NCBI RefSeq assembly: GCF_009914755.1
Contig: NC_060928.1
DNA from: the human T2T-CHM13v2.0 reference genome, Homo sapiens
Strand: one strand, 5' to 3'
Length of the DNA stretch: 64,000 bases
Positions 13,191-27,019 of this stretch are shown here, piece after piece. The translations under genes were made by a program, and so were the position numbers. The stretch's first letter is position 1, and each line of letters opens with the position of its first letter. The notes under the pieces are model-generated. The model was given only the letters and a program-made list of their open reading frames with translations, made no database searches and was not told where the DNA came from.

Positions 13191-13765
13191 AAATCCTGGT
13201 CACCATAGCAGATATTTTATAAATGTCAAGGGCTAGGGTAGGGAATGTGAGTTTATTACTCTTACAGGATTTGAGCCATGGAATGTAAGGGAATGTCAAT
13301 CTCTATTTAAATTTTATGTATTCTGCAAAATATAAAAAAGTCTGCACAAAGTAAAATCATTTAGTATACTGTTTTTCCTCTTCAAAATACCTTACCCTTC
13401 TCATATCTTATTCTTGCAATCTATAACCTACTGCAAATTCAATCTCAATTCTGCAGCTTTATTGCCCCTCACCTAAACTTTAGAATACTTTCCACTCTGC
13501 CATCTGCGATTATACTCCCTAAGCAGTATGACCTTCTTTTAGTGTTTCATGCTTTAACTGAAGCACACCCCTTTCCTTGAGCATTATTTTACCTTTACTC
13601 CTATCGTCACTATCAATAGCACTGATGATTATTCTCAGCCAAATTTAAGCTGTATTTTTCTCCATCAAAACCACACTTACTCTTACACTCAAAACCTTCT
13701 GGGGGGTTGATTTGGAAGCATATTTTTAGGTTTCTCAATTATCTTCTACATTGCTCCCCTATTTC

Positions 13766-13788
13766 TTTTTACTTCTTTTTCTTTTTTC

Positions 13789-13819
<31 letters not shown>

Positions 13820-14109
13820 TAATTGAGACAAGGTTTTACTCTGTCACCTAGGTTGGAGTTCAGTGGTGCGATCACAGCTCACTGCAGCCTTGACCTCCGG
13901 GCCTCAGGTGATCCTCCCACCTCACCTCAAACTCCCAAGTAGCTGGACCTAAAGGCACGCTCCACCCACACCCAGGTAATTTTTCTATTTATTGTAGAGA
14001 CAGAGTTTCGCCATGTTGCCAGGGCTGGTGTCAAACTCCTGGGCTCAAGCAATCTGCCTGCCTCAGTCTCCAAAAGCTCTATTACAGGTGTGAGCCACCT
14101 CGCCCAGCC
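13766..14109 (-). mobile_element. AluJ with T-rich tail
   Basis: ATCACAGCTCACTGCAGCCTTGACC and CTCCTGGGCTCAAGC J-type diagnostics. Confidence 0.93.
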
Positions 14110-15430
14110 ATTCCCTTTTTGAAACAGTTTCTTGAATTTTGCCCCCTAAGCTCTATTTACCTTATTCTGTTGTTTCTGACTCCAGCTTCTTGATCTCTTT
14201 TTCTCGATTACCACCTCTACCTTTCTCAACATTGCCTCTCAAGATTTAGTGCTATACTTTTCCTTTTCAATTTCACCTCTTCCATGTTAACAGCTTCCAT
14301 TACGATCTATATATCATGTATATACCAGTGGTTTTCAAATATGTATTTAAACTTCTTCACTGACTTTCAGACTCATATCCCCAACTGTCTACTAATACCT
14401 AGAGGAGCTAAAAGTTTTTCTGACACAAGATGGAATCTTAAATATATATTAAATAAAGTTCAAATTTACCTGAAACTGAACGTATTCCAAATTTGGGATC
14501 TCATCGGCACACCTTCACAACCATAAAAAATTAAATATATCTCCTCTGATGTCTCCTATCTCAGTGACTGACACCACTATCCATCTTTATACGCATGATA
14601 TATACTGAGAAGTAACATTTATCTTCACATATCATATGCTATTTTTCACTGTCTTATCTCCCAAATGCTACTAAAATAAACTTTATATTTTTTTAACTGT
14701 CATCACGAGTTCAAACATTCCTCACACACTCCGCCATCTTTTACTATTGACCTAGGTTATAACTTTGTCACTTTCTACTCCAGTATACCACAGATACAAA
14801 GACAATAATATTTTATAATTTTTTCCAAAAATTGTATGGTTTTTTTTTTCTTTTTGAGACATAGTTTTGCTCTTGTTGCCCCGGCTGGAGTGCAATGGCA
14901 TGATCTTGGCTGGGATTACAGTTATGCACCACCACTTCTGGCTAATTTAGTATTTTTAGTAGAGACGGATTTCTCCATGTTCATCAGGCTGGTCTCGAAC
15001 TCCAGACCTCAGGTGATCTGCCTGCCTTGGCCTCCCAGAGTGCTGGGATTACAGGCATGAGCCACCGCACCCGGTCTCCATTTTTACATACTATTATTTT
15101 GCCTAGGAGACTTTTCTATTGTTTCCCCACACTCTCAATTATTTTTCTACTTAAGTTCCTTTCATTCTTTAAATACCTGTTCAATATTATTTACTTAAGA
15201 GCTGTTTCTTACCTAGCAAGACTAAAATGGATACTTAGGATTCATGAGATCACAGCTTTGTGAACTTTCAGTCATCTAACTTGCACCATTTATTTTTATG
15301 TACTCACTATACCATAGTATTCACAAAAGAATGGTATCTTATCTGACATTTTTGTCCCCAGAGACTAGCACAGTTCCTGGTACATAGTAGGAAATTAACT
15401 ACTGTTTATAGCGTCAATGAATAAATGAGG
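14110..15430 (+). mobile_element. Fragmented L2, interrupted by an Alu
   Basis: CAGACTCATATCCCCAACTGTCTA, CCTATCTCAGTGA...CACCACTATCCA, and 3' end CTAGCACAGTTCCTGGTACATAGTAGG...ATGAATAAATGA. Confidence 0.7.
14840..15076 (-). mobile_element. AluSp-like with ~60-bp internal deletion
   Basis: CTCTTGTTGCC...GCAATGGC and TTTCTCCATGTT diagnostics. The right arm jumps from GATCTTGGCT to GGGATTACAG. Confidence 0.92.
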
Positions 15431-15616
15431 AGCCATAAATGCTTTGTTAGGGGAGACACAAATAACTCTATTATATGTAGTTTATATTATCCAATAAAAT
15501 GGAACACACGATTCAGCTAGATATAACATTAACAGAATTATAGAACAGAATTATCTACTCTGTTAACAGAATTCTAGCTTTGAATACTAACAAAATCCAC
15601 TATGTAATTTTTAAAT

Positions 15617-15926
15617 GTTTTTATTTATTTTATTATTATTATTGTTTTTTGAGACAGAGTCTCACTCTGTTGCCCAGGTTGGAGTGCAGTGGTGCGATCT
15701 AGGCTCACTGCAACCTCCGCCTCCCACTTTCCAGCGATTCTCCTGTTTCAGCCTCCAGAGTAGCTGGGATTACAGACACCTGCCACAATGCCCAGCTAAT
15801 TTTTGTATTTTTAGTAGAGATGGGACTTCACCATATTGGTCAGGGTGGACTCCTGACCTCAAATGATCCACCCCTCTCGGCCTCCCAAAGTGTTGGGATT
15901 ACAGCCATGAGCCACCACACCTGACC
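15617..15926 (-). mobile_element. AluS (Sx/Sz type)
   Basis: Full dimer with an imperfect TSD TGTAATT(T/C)TTA. Confidence 0.94.
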
Positions 15927-17240
15927 TTGTAATTCTTATATAAAGGCAAACAGGGCATAGTTATATGAAGAGTATAAGGGACATAAGATGCAGAGTTTTT
16001 TTAATTATGTTTTACAAAACAATTAGACATGTTCTTTATATTGGAAGCTTGCAGATATTGAAAATATAAGATTAATTCAACTCACTAAAGGTATTTCTAC
16101 AGAGAATTAGGATTATTTTGGTTGTTGTTCTTACAAAACTTAATATAGTAACTGAAATTAGAACACAAGTTCAGAATGCTAAAATGTCGGTAACCTGAAG
16201 TAGAACAAATTAAATCTCCCAGGATTAGGAAACGGATTTGTTTCAGGATCTGGGATGTAGCTGAGTTTGTAAGGAGTGTTAATATTTTATGTATGTGTAT
16301 TCAAAAATACTAAGAATAAATATCCAGGTAAATAATTACAGATTATTTCAATGTCTTATGTGAGGTCTATAAAACTCTTATTTGTAAATAATTTACAGTT
16401 AAATCCTTTGATGCGTTTCTGAAATGTAAATGTTTGGGCTGTTTATTTAAAGTGATCCACATGGTTTACATAACAGATGTTCAGGTGACAAGAGTAGATA
16501 ATTCTGTTCTAAAATTTAGAAGCTCACATCAATGTCTTCTCAGTGTGAATGATGGCCTCAAGATGTTAGGCCAGAGAGGTCCCTATGACCTAACGTTAAT
16601 TATAATGTTTATAAAGCCTTAGAATGGTGCCTGATATAAAGCAGCTGATTTATAATAGTAAATTGATGATGCTGATGATACTTATTAATATACTTTCAGC
16701 CAATTATAATAATCCACATAGAAAATGTACATCCATTTATTTATTACATCCTCGTTAAACGTATTGGATTTAGTTTTAATTGTATGTGTCTGAACATGTT
16801 TGTACATAATGTGAACAGATTTATTTTAAAATTTATTGAAAAAAGTTTATGGAATTATTATGTAATATTCTACAACTTACTTTTGGTGATTATATGTGTC
16901 ATTAAAGGTTAACCCTGATTATTCATGACATAAATAAGTCAAGACCATAGAGTTAGTCAAGAAGTTTTACAGTTATTTGCATGTAAAAAGCTAAGCTTCT
17001 GAAAAAAAGTCTATTACTTCAAGGTGTCTGGATTATATTTATGAATTTAATTCCAAAATATATTTTAGGCTTTTATTATATTCAATATGTAGTAAGAATA
17101 ATTGAAGAGTGGAAAAAATTAATCAAACTGTATCTTTATTCTCAAAAAAATTCAACATCAATCAGAACAGTCAGGCTTCTGTAAACCTATGAAACTGGTA
17201 ATTAATCATGATGTTCCTAGAAGTGAAATACACAGAAAGG

Positions 17241-17659
17241 CGTCTTAGTCTGTTTTTGCTCCTATAAAAATACCATAGACTGGCTAATGTATAAAGAGCA
17301 TAAATTTATTTCTCTGAGTCCTGAAGGTAGGGAAGTCCAAGATTAAGACCCTACCAGTTTCAGTATGTAGTGAAGACTCATTTCTTATAGAGGGCAATAT
17401 ATAGGTGCCCTCATATGGCAGAAAAGACAGAAAGGGCAGAAGTGAATGAATGCTGTATTCGCATATGACAGAAGAGCAGCAGTGCAAAACATGGCCTCAG
17501 CTAGTACCCACCAGCCCTTTTATAAGCACTAATACATTCATGAGGATGAAACCCTCATAATTTTATCACTTCCCTCAAAGCCACACCTCAATATGTCACC
17601 ACCATGAGGATTAAGTTTCAATATAAATTTTGGAAGAGACACACTTTCAAACCATAGTG
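17241..17659 (-). mobile_element. MaLR solo LTR (MSTD/MSTC type) inserted in ERVL
   Basis: GTCTTAGTCTGTTTTTGCT start, GGGAAGTCCAAGAT, GGATTAAGTTTCAA...TTCAAACCATAG end. Confidence 0.88.
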
Positions 17660-18058
17660 GAAGCCTACTAACTTTTTTCTTGATATGTATAAGCAGAAAT
17701 TTGTAGGTCAAGTGAATAAAAATGTAACCTGGATTATAAAAACAGAGCCACAGCCCCTCAGTCAATTCCTAGGTTTGCGCCAGTTTGCAGACCAAGAAAC
17801 CCTTTAATAAAGAGGAAGCCAGATACTTCTGAGAAAAGACCCAAGTATGCTACCATAAATTTATGCTGTTATTCTTTGCCACGATAATGGTACATTGGGG
17901 AAACACATAATAATCAGGCTTAAATTGATACTAATTTTAACAGTCTGTATACATCATTGTGTCCTACCAGTCAGAGTAGAGGCACATGAAGGTCAGGTGT
18001 TCCATGGAGTTTTAGCTCAGGTTTAACTTACAGTGGACCTAGTAGGTCCCCAAATCTA

Positions 18059-18421
<363 letters not shown>

Positions 18422-19801
18422 TTAGGATTTTGGAGCAAGGCTCTGCCATCCTCCACAGGTAATCACTCTCCTTTTGGAAAACAGATCTTGGTCTACTACT
18501 AGGCCTTAGCAGAGACTGAACCCTAAACCATGAGCCACAAAGTTAGCATGTAATATTAGCTGCCCATCATGGACTTGGTGTTATCTGACTCACTAAGCAA
18601 TGAAGTTGAACAGGCATAGCACACTCCATCATGAAATGGAATTGGTATATACATGATCAGGCTGGAGCAGATTCTGAAGGCACAAATAAATTGCATAAAC
18701 AAGTAGTCCAAATGCCTGTGGTCCCAACTTCACTACTCTGCATTTTCTCTTTCAGCCTGCACCTGTGGTCTTATGGGGCAGTTTCTATGGTGAGTTGACA
18801 GAAGAAGAGAAGACTTGGACCTGGATTACAGATGGTCGTGCATTATATGCAGTCACCACCAAGTGAACCGCTGCAGTGCAACAGCCCCTCTCTGGTACAT
18901 GCCTAGAGGACAAGAGAGAAGGCACATCCTCCCATTGGACAGAACTTTGAGCAGCACACCTAATTTTTCACTTTACTTGGAAGAAAAAATGGCCAGATGT
19001 GTGATTATGTACCAATTCATGGGCTGTAGCCAATGGTTTGGCTGGGTGGTTAGGGACAAGACAGAAACATGATTGGAAATTATTGACAAAGAAACTTAAG
19101 GAAATGAAGTGCTACTCCACAATAGAGGTAAGAACAGTTTTCCCAGAATATACGAGATTCTTTAAAGTGTCTCATAGTATTCTCATGCCCTGTGATTAAG
19201 GTCAATGGAAAACTACAACAACCCAATCCAGGAAGAACTACTCCTGACCCAGAGCCTTCAGTTATAAAGATTTGTCTTAGTCCACTAGTTAAATAACCAC
19301 AATCAGCTGAGGTACTTTCTGAAAGTAAAAGGAATACACTATGGGTAATGGAAGAAGGTCCCTATAAACCCTAGCTGCAACCACACAACCAGTTACAGAA
19401 ATAAGAACTGTTTAAGTGTCATGGTATTCCTCCTTATTTTGTTATGAGTGTATATGTTTAAAGTATAATATATATAGTATATATACTTATAAATTATATA
19501 TATGTAGGCATATCTTGGTTTTCTTTCCTCTCATATTCCCTTATCATGTAAAGTAAGTTGTGTTGAATTTTTATCATAGCAGTGAAGTATCATTAATCTC
19601 ATATTATAACCTGGGAGTTGCTAAAAAATTAAACATCACTCAAGAGTTTATCTCCAATTCAGGGAAGTGGCTAGTGCATTCTAATTCGTAGGCAAGATAG
19701 TTGCATCATATTATATGGAATTATGACCTTGTTATTGCCTTTAGAATTTAAATGTGGTTTAAGAGGGTGCTTATTGGTGCCAAGTTGACAAGGTGCAGCC
19801 C

Positions 19802-20685
19802 TGTGATGGTTAATTTTATATGCCAACTTGGGTGGGCCACAGGGTGCTGATATTAATCACAGCTTCTGGGATGTGTCTATGAGGGTGTTTCTGGAGGATA
19901 TTAGCATTTGAAGGGTGACTCAGTAAAGCAGATTGCTTTTCCCAGTATGGTTGGGCCTCATCTAATTGAACATGAATAAGCAAATAAAATGGAAAGAGAA
20001 GAAATCTGTCCCTTTTTTTATGCCTCACAGCTTGAGCTGGATGTCTCATCTCATCTTCTCCTGCCCTTGGACTGGTTGTTACAACATCAGCTCCCCTGGT
20101 TCTCAGGTCTTTGAACTCACTGAGTAATACCACCGCCTTTCCAGGATTCCTGCTTGCAGATAGCAGATTGTGGGAATTCTCAGCCTCCACAATCATCACA
20201 TAATCCAATTCACCATAGTAAATGTCTTTTTATATATGTGTATGTGTATGTCTGCCTACACATATGCACATATTTAGGCATGTGTCATCTATCAGTGAAT
20301 ATATGGTCTGAGAAATTTATTGTTAGGTGACTTTGTCATTGAGTCAACTTCATAGTGTCCTACTTACACAAACATAAATGGTATAGCCTACTACACAGCT
20401 AGGCTATATGGTATAGCCTATTACTCCTAGGCTACAAACCTGTAGCAAGTTACTCTACTGGATATGGTAGGCAATTGTAACAGAATCATAAGTATTTGGG
20501 TGAGTAAACATATTGAAGCATGAAGATACAGCAAAAATAGAGTATTATCATCTTATGAGACCACTCTCATATATGCGGTTCATTGGTGACCAAAGTGCCA
20601 TTATATGGTGCATAACTGTATGTGTAGATATGTGCATACACACACGTGTCCTATAGATACTGTTTGAAGAACCTTCACTAGTATA
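19802..20685 (+). mobile_element. MLT2 (ERVL 3') LTR interrupted by Tigger3a
   Basis: TGTGATGGTTAATTTTATATGCCAACTTG start. The end TCCTATAGATACTGTTTGAAGAACCTTCACTAGTATA resembles the MLT2 terminus. Confidence 0.88.
20275..20618 (+). mobile_element. Tigger3a (MER7A/GOLEM_A) DNA transposon
   Basis: ATGGTATAGCCTACTACACAGCTAGGCTATATGGTATAGCCTATT core, end GTGCATAACTG|TA. Confidence 0.9.
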
Positions 20686-21274
20686 TAGAGTCCTAATAAT
20701 AAGGAAAAGGAGAAGAGTGAGAAGCACATGCAAGAACAAAGCTTTATGCCCATCTATTCCCCTTCCAAACAGCACCTCATCCTACCATTTGTAGGCACTG
20801 TTGTCTATAAATGTGTGTCATTTATCTGGACTGACTTTTTACAAGTATTTTATGAGCATGAACAAGCCACTGAACACTCCCAAGTGCAAGTAAGTAAAAT
20901 AATGTCTTTTCTGTTTACTTGCCTGGAAAGCTGAAAGGGCCACATAAAATAATATTTGAGGGCTTTTAGGATTATAATGTGATTGATTTCTAAGCTCTGT
21001 TCTAGTTGAAATCCCCTCTGCCAAGCCCCATATTACTCTTAGCAATCACACTTTGATACTTCAAGAAAACAAAGGTATTATTAGACACACATATTTTTTA
21101 AAAAGATAAAAATGACATATGAAACTAGTGAATGATTTTATTGACATCTCTAGTCCTGTTACTTTTCCCTCTAATATGACACAGTTATTAACAGATTCTG
21201 TAGAATGCTTCTTTATTCCTTATTATTTTAAATAGACACCTCACATCCACAAACACATGCACACACAGACAACA

Positions 21275-21515
21275 TAGAAGAGTGATTAAGAACACAGACT
21301 CCAGAACCAGGCCATTTGTGTTCAAATATTTATTCTGCCACTTAATGTGTGATGACTTAGGCTCAATTATTTATCCTCTGTGTCTCAGTATTTTTTTCCA
21401 TAAAATAGGGAAAGTAAAATTGTCTAAAATACAGAGTTTTGAGAATTCAATGAGTTAATGTATATAAAGTATCAGAATAGTGCTCAACATACGGTAAATA
21501 TTAGCTAATAATTTC
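21275..21515 (+). mobile_element. MIR SINE
   Basis: GTGATTAAGAACACAGACTCCAGAACCAG...GTTCAAAT...CTCTGTGTCTCAGT...ATGAGTTAATGTATATAAAGT. Confidence 0.85.
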
Positions 21516-22249
21516 ATAATTATTGTATAAAATGTGTAATTTTTACATGTAAAAATTACATAAATCGTATTATATATATTGATGTCTGTCTCTTAGTATG
21601 TTGTTAATGAAAATTTATTCCCCTCAATATAGAGTGCTAATTATTTACATTTAACTGCAACATTATATTCTATCTTGTGACTTTAACACTAAAAAATGTA
21701 CAAATGGTTTTCAGTGTATTTTACCAAAAATTTGCATAATACGCTTTGTTTTGATATATGAAATATTTCTAACATAAAATGAACTGGAATTGTTGGCTCA
21801 AAGGTTAAAAATGAAATTTCTTTTTCTAAGTAAAAATAACTTATTTTTAAATTAACTACATTATTTTCCTTTCTAAATGTTTGGAAGAATATTTTTAATT
21901 GCATATTTGTCATTACTTGATATTATACCTTAGAGTTATTTAAGCTTATTATTAAAATATGTCTTGCTTTGATCTACTTTTCAAAACTACTAGTGAGGTT
22001 GGGCAAATTTTCATAAGTTTCTGAATTGCCTGTCCATATTAGCTACGAAAATTTAATGAGTTGTCTGTTACTTGTAGTGATTAGAATTTTTTATTATATT
22101 ATACATATTAATATTTTGTTGGATATATTTTTGTGAGAATCTTCTCTAGTTATTAAAATTAATTTGGCTGTATTAAAACTACACAAATAAAAAATTTGTT
22201 CAATAAATACACAAATTTCCCACATCTATTATATAATATAGAACATTTT

Positions 22250-22549
22250 GGCTGGGCACAGTGGCTCACACCTGTAATCCCAGTACTTTGGGAGAACCAG
22301 GTGGGAAGATCACTTAAGCCCAGGAATTCAAGACCAGTCTGAACAACATGGTGAAACCCCATCTCTAAAAAAATAAAAAAAATTAGCCGGGCATGGCTAT
22401 GCACACCTGTAGTCCCAACTACTTCAGGGGATGAGGAAGGAGGATTGCTTGAGGCCTGGAAGGTGGAGGCTGCAGTGAGCTGAGATCACGCTACTTCACT
22501 CCAACCTTGGAGACAGAGGGAGACATCACACCCCTCTTCAACAAAAAAA
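22250..22549 (+). mobile_element. AluJ
   Basis: GGAGGATTGCTTGAG and GGAGGCTGCAGTGAGC, short A tail. Confidence 0.93.
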
Positions 22550-22665
22550 GACTTAGACATTCAAAGGGTTCAGGGCTGCTCCATCCAGACTAAACTGTCA
22601 GAGTGTTGTCAGTAAGTATTTGCCAATTATTTCCTTCAAAGCTACCAAGAGAAAATTATACAAGT

Positions 22666-22720
22666 CAGTGATTCTCAAATTTTAATAATAAACAGAATCT
22701 TTGGAGGGTTAAAAAAAAAA
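22666..22720. mobile_element. MER5A-like terminal fragment
   Basis: CAGTGATTCTCAAATTTT...CAGAATCTTTGGAGGG. Confidence 0.55.
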
Positions 22721-22735
22721 AACCTCCCTGAAATT

Positions 22736-22852
22736 CCCTTGAGCCCAGGACTTCAAGGCTGCAGTGAGCTGCGATCATGCCACTGCACTCCAGCCTAGAG
22801 GACAGCTCAAGACCCTATCACTAAAAAAAAATAAAAATAAAAATAAAATAAA
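22736..22852 (+). mobile_element. AluJ/FRAM right-arm 3' fragment with (AAAAT)n tail
   Basis: CTTGAGCCCAGGACTTCAAGGCTGCAGTGAGCTGCGATC. Confidence 0.88.
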
Positions 22853-22864
22853 ATAGAACATCTA

Positions 22865-23147
<283 letters not shown>

Positions 23148-23671
23148 AAATAAAATAGAACATCTCAACACACTTCAAGCCTCTCTTATACGTCTTTTGA
23201 ATATCTTTAACATTTTATATTAGTATATCTAAAATGTGTCATCTTGCTTGCATTTATTTAAAATTATAAAAATCATAAAAAATGCATTTATTTTTCTGGA
23301 TACTACCTTTTTATTCAACTGTATACATTTAAGGTTCATCAATATTAATATTTATAACTGCATATAACTATATCAATGTGGTTTTACTGCTATATATGTT
23401 ATTTGAGCTTACCAAATTTACTTATATATTTGAAACTGTTGAACCATCTATTCATACCTTTCTAGATGTTCTTTTCTCATCTTTTTTGTATTATTTCAAT
23501 TTATTTTCTCATGTGCTTACTTTTAAATGTTTTACTTTGTACTGATAAAATTTTATTTACCAAAATTTTTATTATGCATATTTGAATCACTATTTTTATT
23601 TACTTTCCACTCTAAGCCTGAAAAATCCAATTCAAATCACCTTAAATTTAATTATTTCACTATGTATTTTT

Positions 23672-23790
23672 TATAGTTATTATTTTTATTTTACTTTAAG
23701 TTCTGGGATACATGTGCAGAATGTGCAGGCTTGTTACATTGTATACATGTGCCACCGTGGTTTGCTGCACCCATCAATATGTCATATATC
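23672..23790 (-). mobile_element. Very short 5'-truncated L1PA insertion
   Basis: TTTAAGTTCTGGGATACATGTGCAG...GGTTTGCTGCACCCATCAA. TSD CACTATGTAT at 23658-23667 and 23791-23800. Confidence 0.9.
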
Positions 23791-25624
23791 CACTATGTAT
23801 CTTTAATATTCTTACTATTGAAGATATTAGTTCTTACAATATCATATTTCTAAATATATTTTGGTAAATGTTTGCTAATACCTATATTAGGATTTATATA
23901 CTAAATTCATGAAAAAATTAATTTACATATATTTATCTCATAATTTCCATGTCAGCTTTTGGAATTCAGATCAGAAATAGCCCATATAAAACTTCCCTCT
24001 TTCCTACTCTTGAGAAGAGTTTATTAAAATTTAGTGTAGTTTCCTTACTTAATATCTGGAGGGAAATAATCACTGTTGATGTCATCTGTGTCTGAAAATT
24101 ACTCCGTAAAAGGAATTGGAGATTTCTTGAGAGATAAAATTTTATGTTTTCTTTCTCTGTTTGTGAATTTCAAAAATGTTATGTATATTGTTATTTAAAT
24201 TCAATATTATTTAAATTGTCAATCTTTTTAGACTTGATAATCAATTTTATTTTTACTATCAATATTTTATTTGGTCATATCCTCTATTTTCCACTTTTAC
24301 TTCTTTTATGCCTTGTTTTGCACTAATCTTTTTTTTTTAATTACATGTTCCCCTTCTATTCACTTGTTAGTTACTTTCTCCTTTAATTCATACTATTCTT
24401 CTGATGGAGCATCCTTGATTTATCATGATCTAACACCAATGATTACTTTCATCAATTTTCTGATATTTCTAAAATATTAGAACATTGGAACATATAAACT
24501 CTATTTTCCTCTCTGTCATTTTAATTTTACTTATTTTAGTTCTACATATATTTTAAACTCTATAAAACATCATTTTGTATAGTCAAACAATTTTTACATT
24601 TATCTGAATGCTTACCACTCCCAATATTCTTCATTTTTTATTCTATTTTTGTCTTACAGGTCTTAGTTACTTCTGCCTGGTTTCCCTATAGGTTTTTCTC
24701 CTTACTAATAATGAATTCCCGTGGTTTTGTTTATTTGAAACCTTTTTATTCCAACTCAAATTTGAAAGGTATAGAATTGTACATTAGCAATTATTTCCTT
24801 CTTGCATATTGCAAATGCCATTCCATTATGTCCTGAATTTCATCATTTCTTTAGAAAAGTCAGCTTTCATGCTCAGTGTTTTTACTTTTTAGACTTTTGT
24901 TTCCCAGTTCTACAAATATCTGGCTGTTCTGAAGATTTTCTTCCATTTTGTCATTGCTTGTCTGCAGGTTTACTACAGTGTTCCCATGTGGGTTCTTCCT
25001 TGTGTTTAACCTATGGGACTTTATGAAGCTTCCTAAACATGTAGATTGATATCTTCTATTACTTACAGATAATTCTCATACTTTACCTCTTTATATATTG
25101 TTTCTTCATTCTTACTCACATTTTCTTCCTCTCTTTGTTTCTTACCATATGTATGCTAGTCCTTCTGAGCATGTATATCTCTTTATTCTTATTTTTCAAT
25201 TAATTTAACTATGTGATGCCTTGAAAAGTTTATGTTATAGCCAGTGTCTAATTTCCTGATAAGCCTTCATGTTATTCATTTCATTAGCTGTAATTTTGAA
25301 TTCTATAATTTTAAGTGCTTTTAAGTTTTAAATATTGAAATTTTTCATCCCTTCTGGTTTTTAATTTTTCAATTGTCTTTAATATATTAATTGCAGTTAT
25401 TTTAATGTCTCGACCTGCCCTATCTTCTACTTTGATCATCTTCAGGTATGTCATAGTCGTCTCTTCATTTTTTGATTAGCAGTTCATATTTCCTTGCCTC
25501 TTTGGCACTTATGGTGCATATGAGCGCATGCACACGTGTGTGTTGCAAAACAGTTGTTTTTATATTTATATTTGTTATTGCCAAATTTATTAATCTTTCT
25601 GTTTTTTCCTTATTTAAGAAAGAT

Positions 25625-25923
25625 TTTCTTTTTTTTTTTCTTTTTGAGACAGAGTCTCGCTGTGTCACCCAGGCTGGAGTGCAGTTGTGCAATCTCGGCT
25701 CACTGCAACCTCTTCCAGGTTCAAGCAATTCTCCTGTCTCAGCCTCCCGAGTGGCTGGGACTATAGGCACCCACCACCACACCCGGCTAATTTTTGTGCT
25801 TTTAGTAGAAATGGGTTTTCACCGTGTTGGTCAGGCTGGTCTCAAACTCCTGACCTCAGGTGATCCACCCACCTCAGCCTCCCAAAGTGCTAAGATTACA
25901 GGCGTGAGCCACTGCGCCCAGCC
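25625..25923 (-). mobile_element. AluSx-type; source of the 189-aa ORF
   Basis: CTCCTGACCTCAGGTGATCCACCC, full dimer. Confidence 0.95.
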
Positions 25924-27019
25924 AAAAAGTCTTTTTTTAGTACAATATCACAGAAATAGTTCCTTTCTGTTCCCTGATAGTTTTAAACTTTATGTTTTCA
26001 CAATTAGACCATTGATTCACCTAGACTTCTGTTTTGTGTAGGGTATAATTCTGTGATCTCATATTAATGTTTTTATTACATTTAAAATACAAACTGTCCT
26101 AATACTATTTATTGGCCAATTCAATTTTTTTCATTTATTTTAGTGGAATTTTATATTATACAGAGATATGTGGTTTATTTTCTTAGCTCTCTCTATTCCA
26201 AATTTTGTTATTTAAATGCATTCATACATTTGGATTTCTTTATGAACTGTAAAATCACTTTAGAAGTCTGTTTTTCAGAAGATGTTCTCTTTATGTACTT
26301 CTCAATACAGAGATTATGTAATTACTTCTGCAGTACCTTGCCAGGTACTGAGCTTGAATCTGGTCCTACTTTGGAATCCTGGCTCTGGACCCTTGGACTA
26401 TATATTTAGCCCAATTTTAATCCCTGAACACAAATGTGACATAAACTGTGATGTGATTGATTCTGTCTTTGATTGCGACAAGGAGAGGGCTAAACCCACA
26501 AAGCTGTTTAGAATTATGAGAATGCTTTTCCAAAAAAGTGGGATTGTTCTCACAACCATCCTCAAAATATGGTCACTTGACATCAAAAATAGATTGACAG
26601 ACCATATCTGGTCCTTGGTCACAATGCCAGTATCACTATATCCTTCCTTTTTTGTCATTAATAGAGAATTTGCATTATTATGAGTGTTGCTCCATATTAG
26701 TGTAATGATGTACATGCTCTATGTGTGATTAATGAACATACTCATACAGAAACATAAAATGGCTGCTCATGTACCTGATCTTCCTTTTGACCAAGATTTC
26801 TCTAAATGTGTTTTCACTGTAACAGTGAAATAGAACCAAGTTTCATATACTGATCTCATGATTTCATTTCTTAAAAAAAAAAAAAGTAGAAAATAAAGAG
26901 AACTTTCAATATTGGAAAAAATATTATTTAAATGTAGTATTAGTAAGAAATTTGTCTCTTAATTGGAAAGTAAACAGAGGTACCAACATTATTTAATAAT
27001 TTTTCAATAATGAAAAAAC

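Noticed and set aside
18815-19072. ORF over the ERVL RNase H region as a possible domesticated gene
   Set aside because: Out of the pol frame, and the provirus is deleted and full of stops and frameshifts
25472-26041. 189-aa ORF, the longest in the track
   Set aside because: Mostly antisense Alu translation ([13 protein letters not shown]...), a classic artefact
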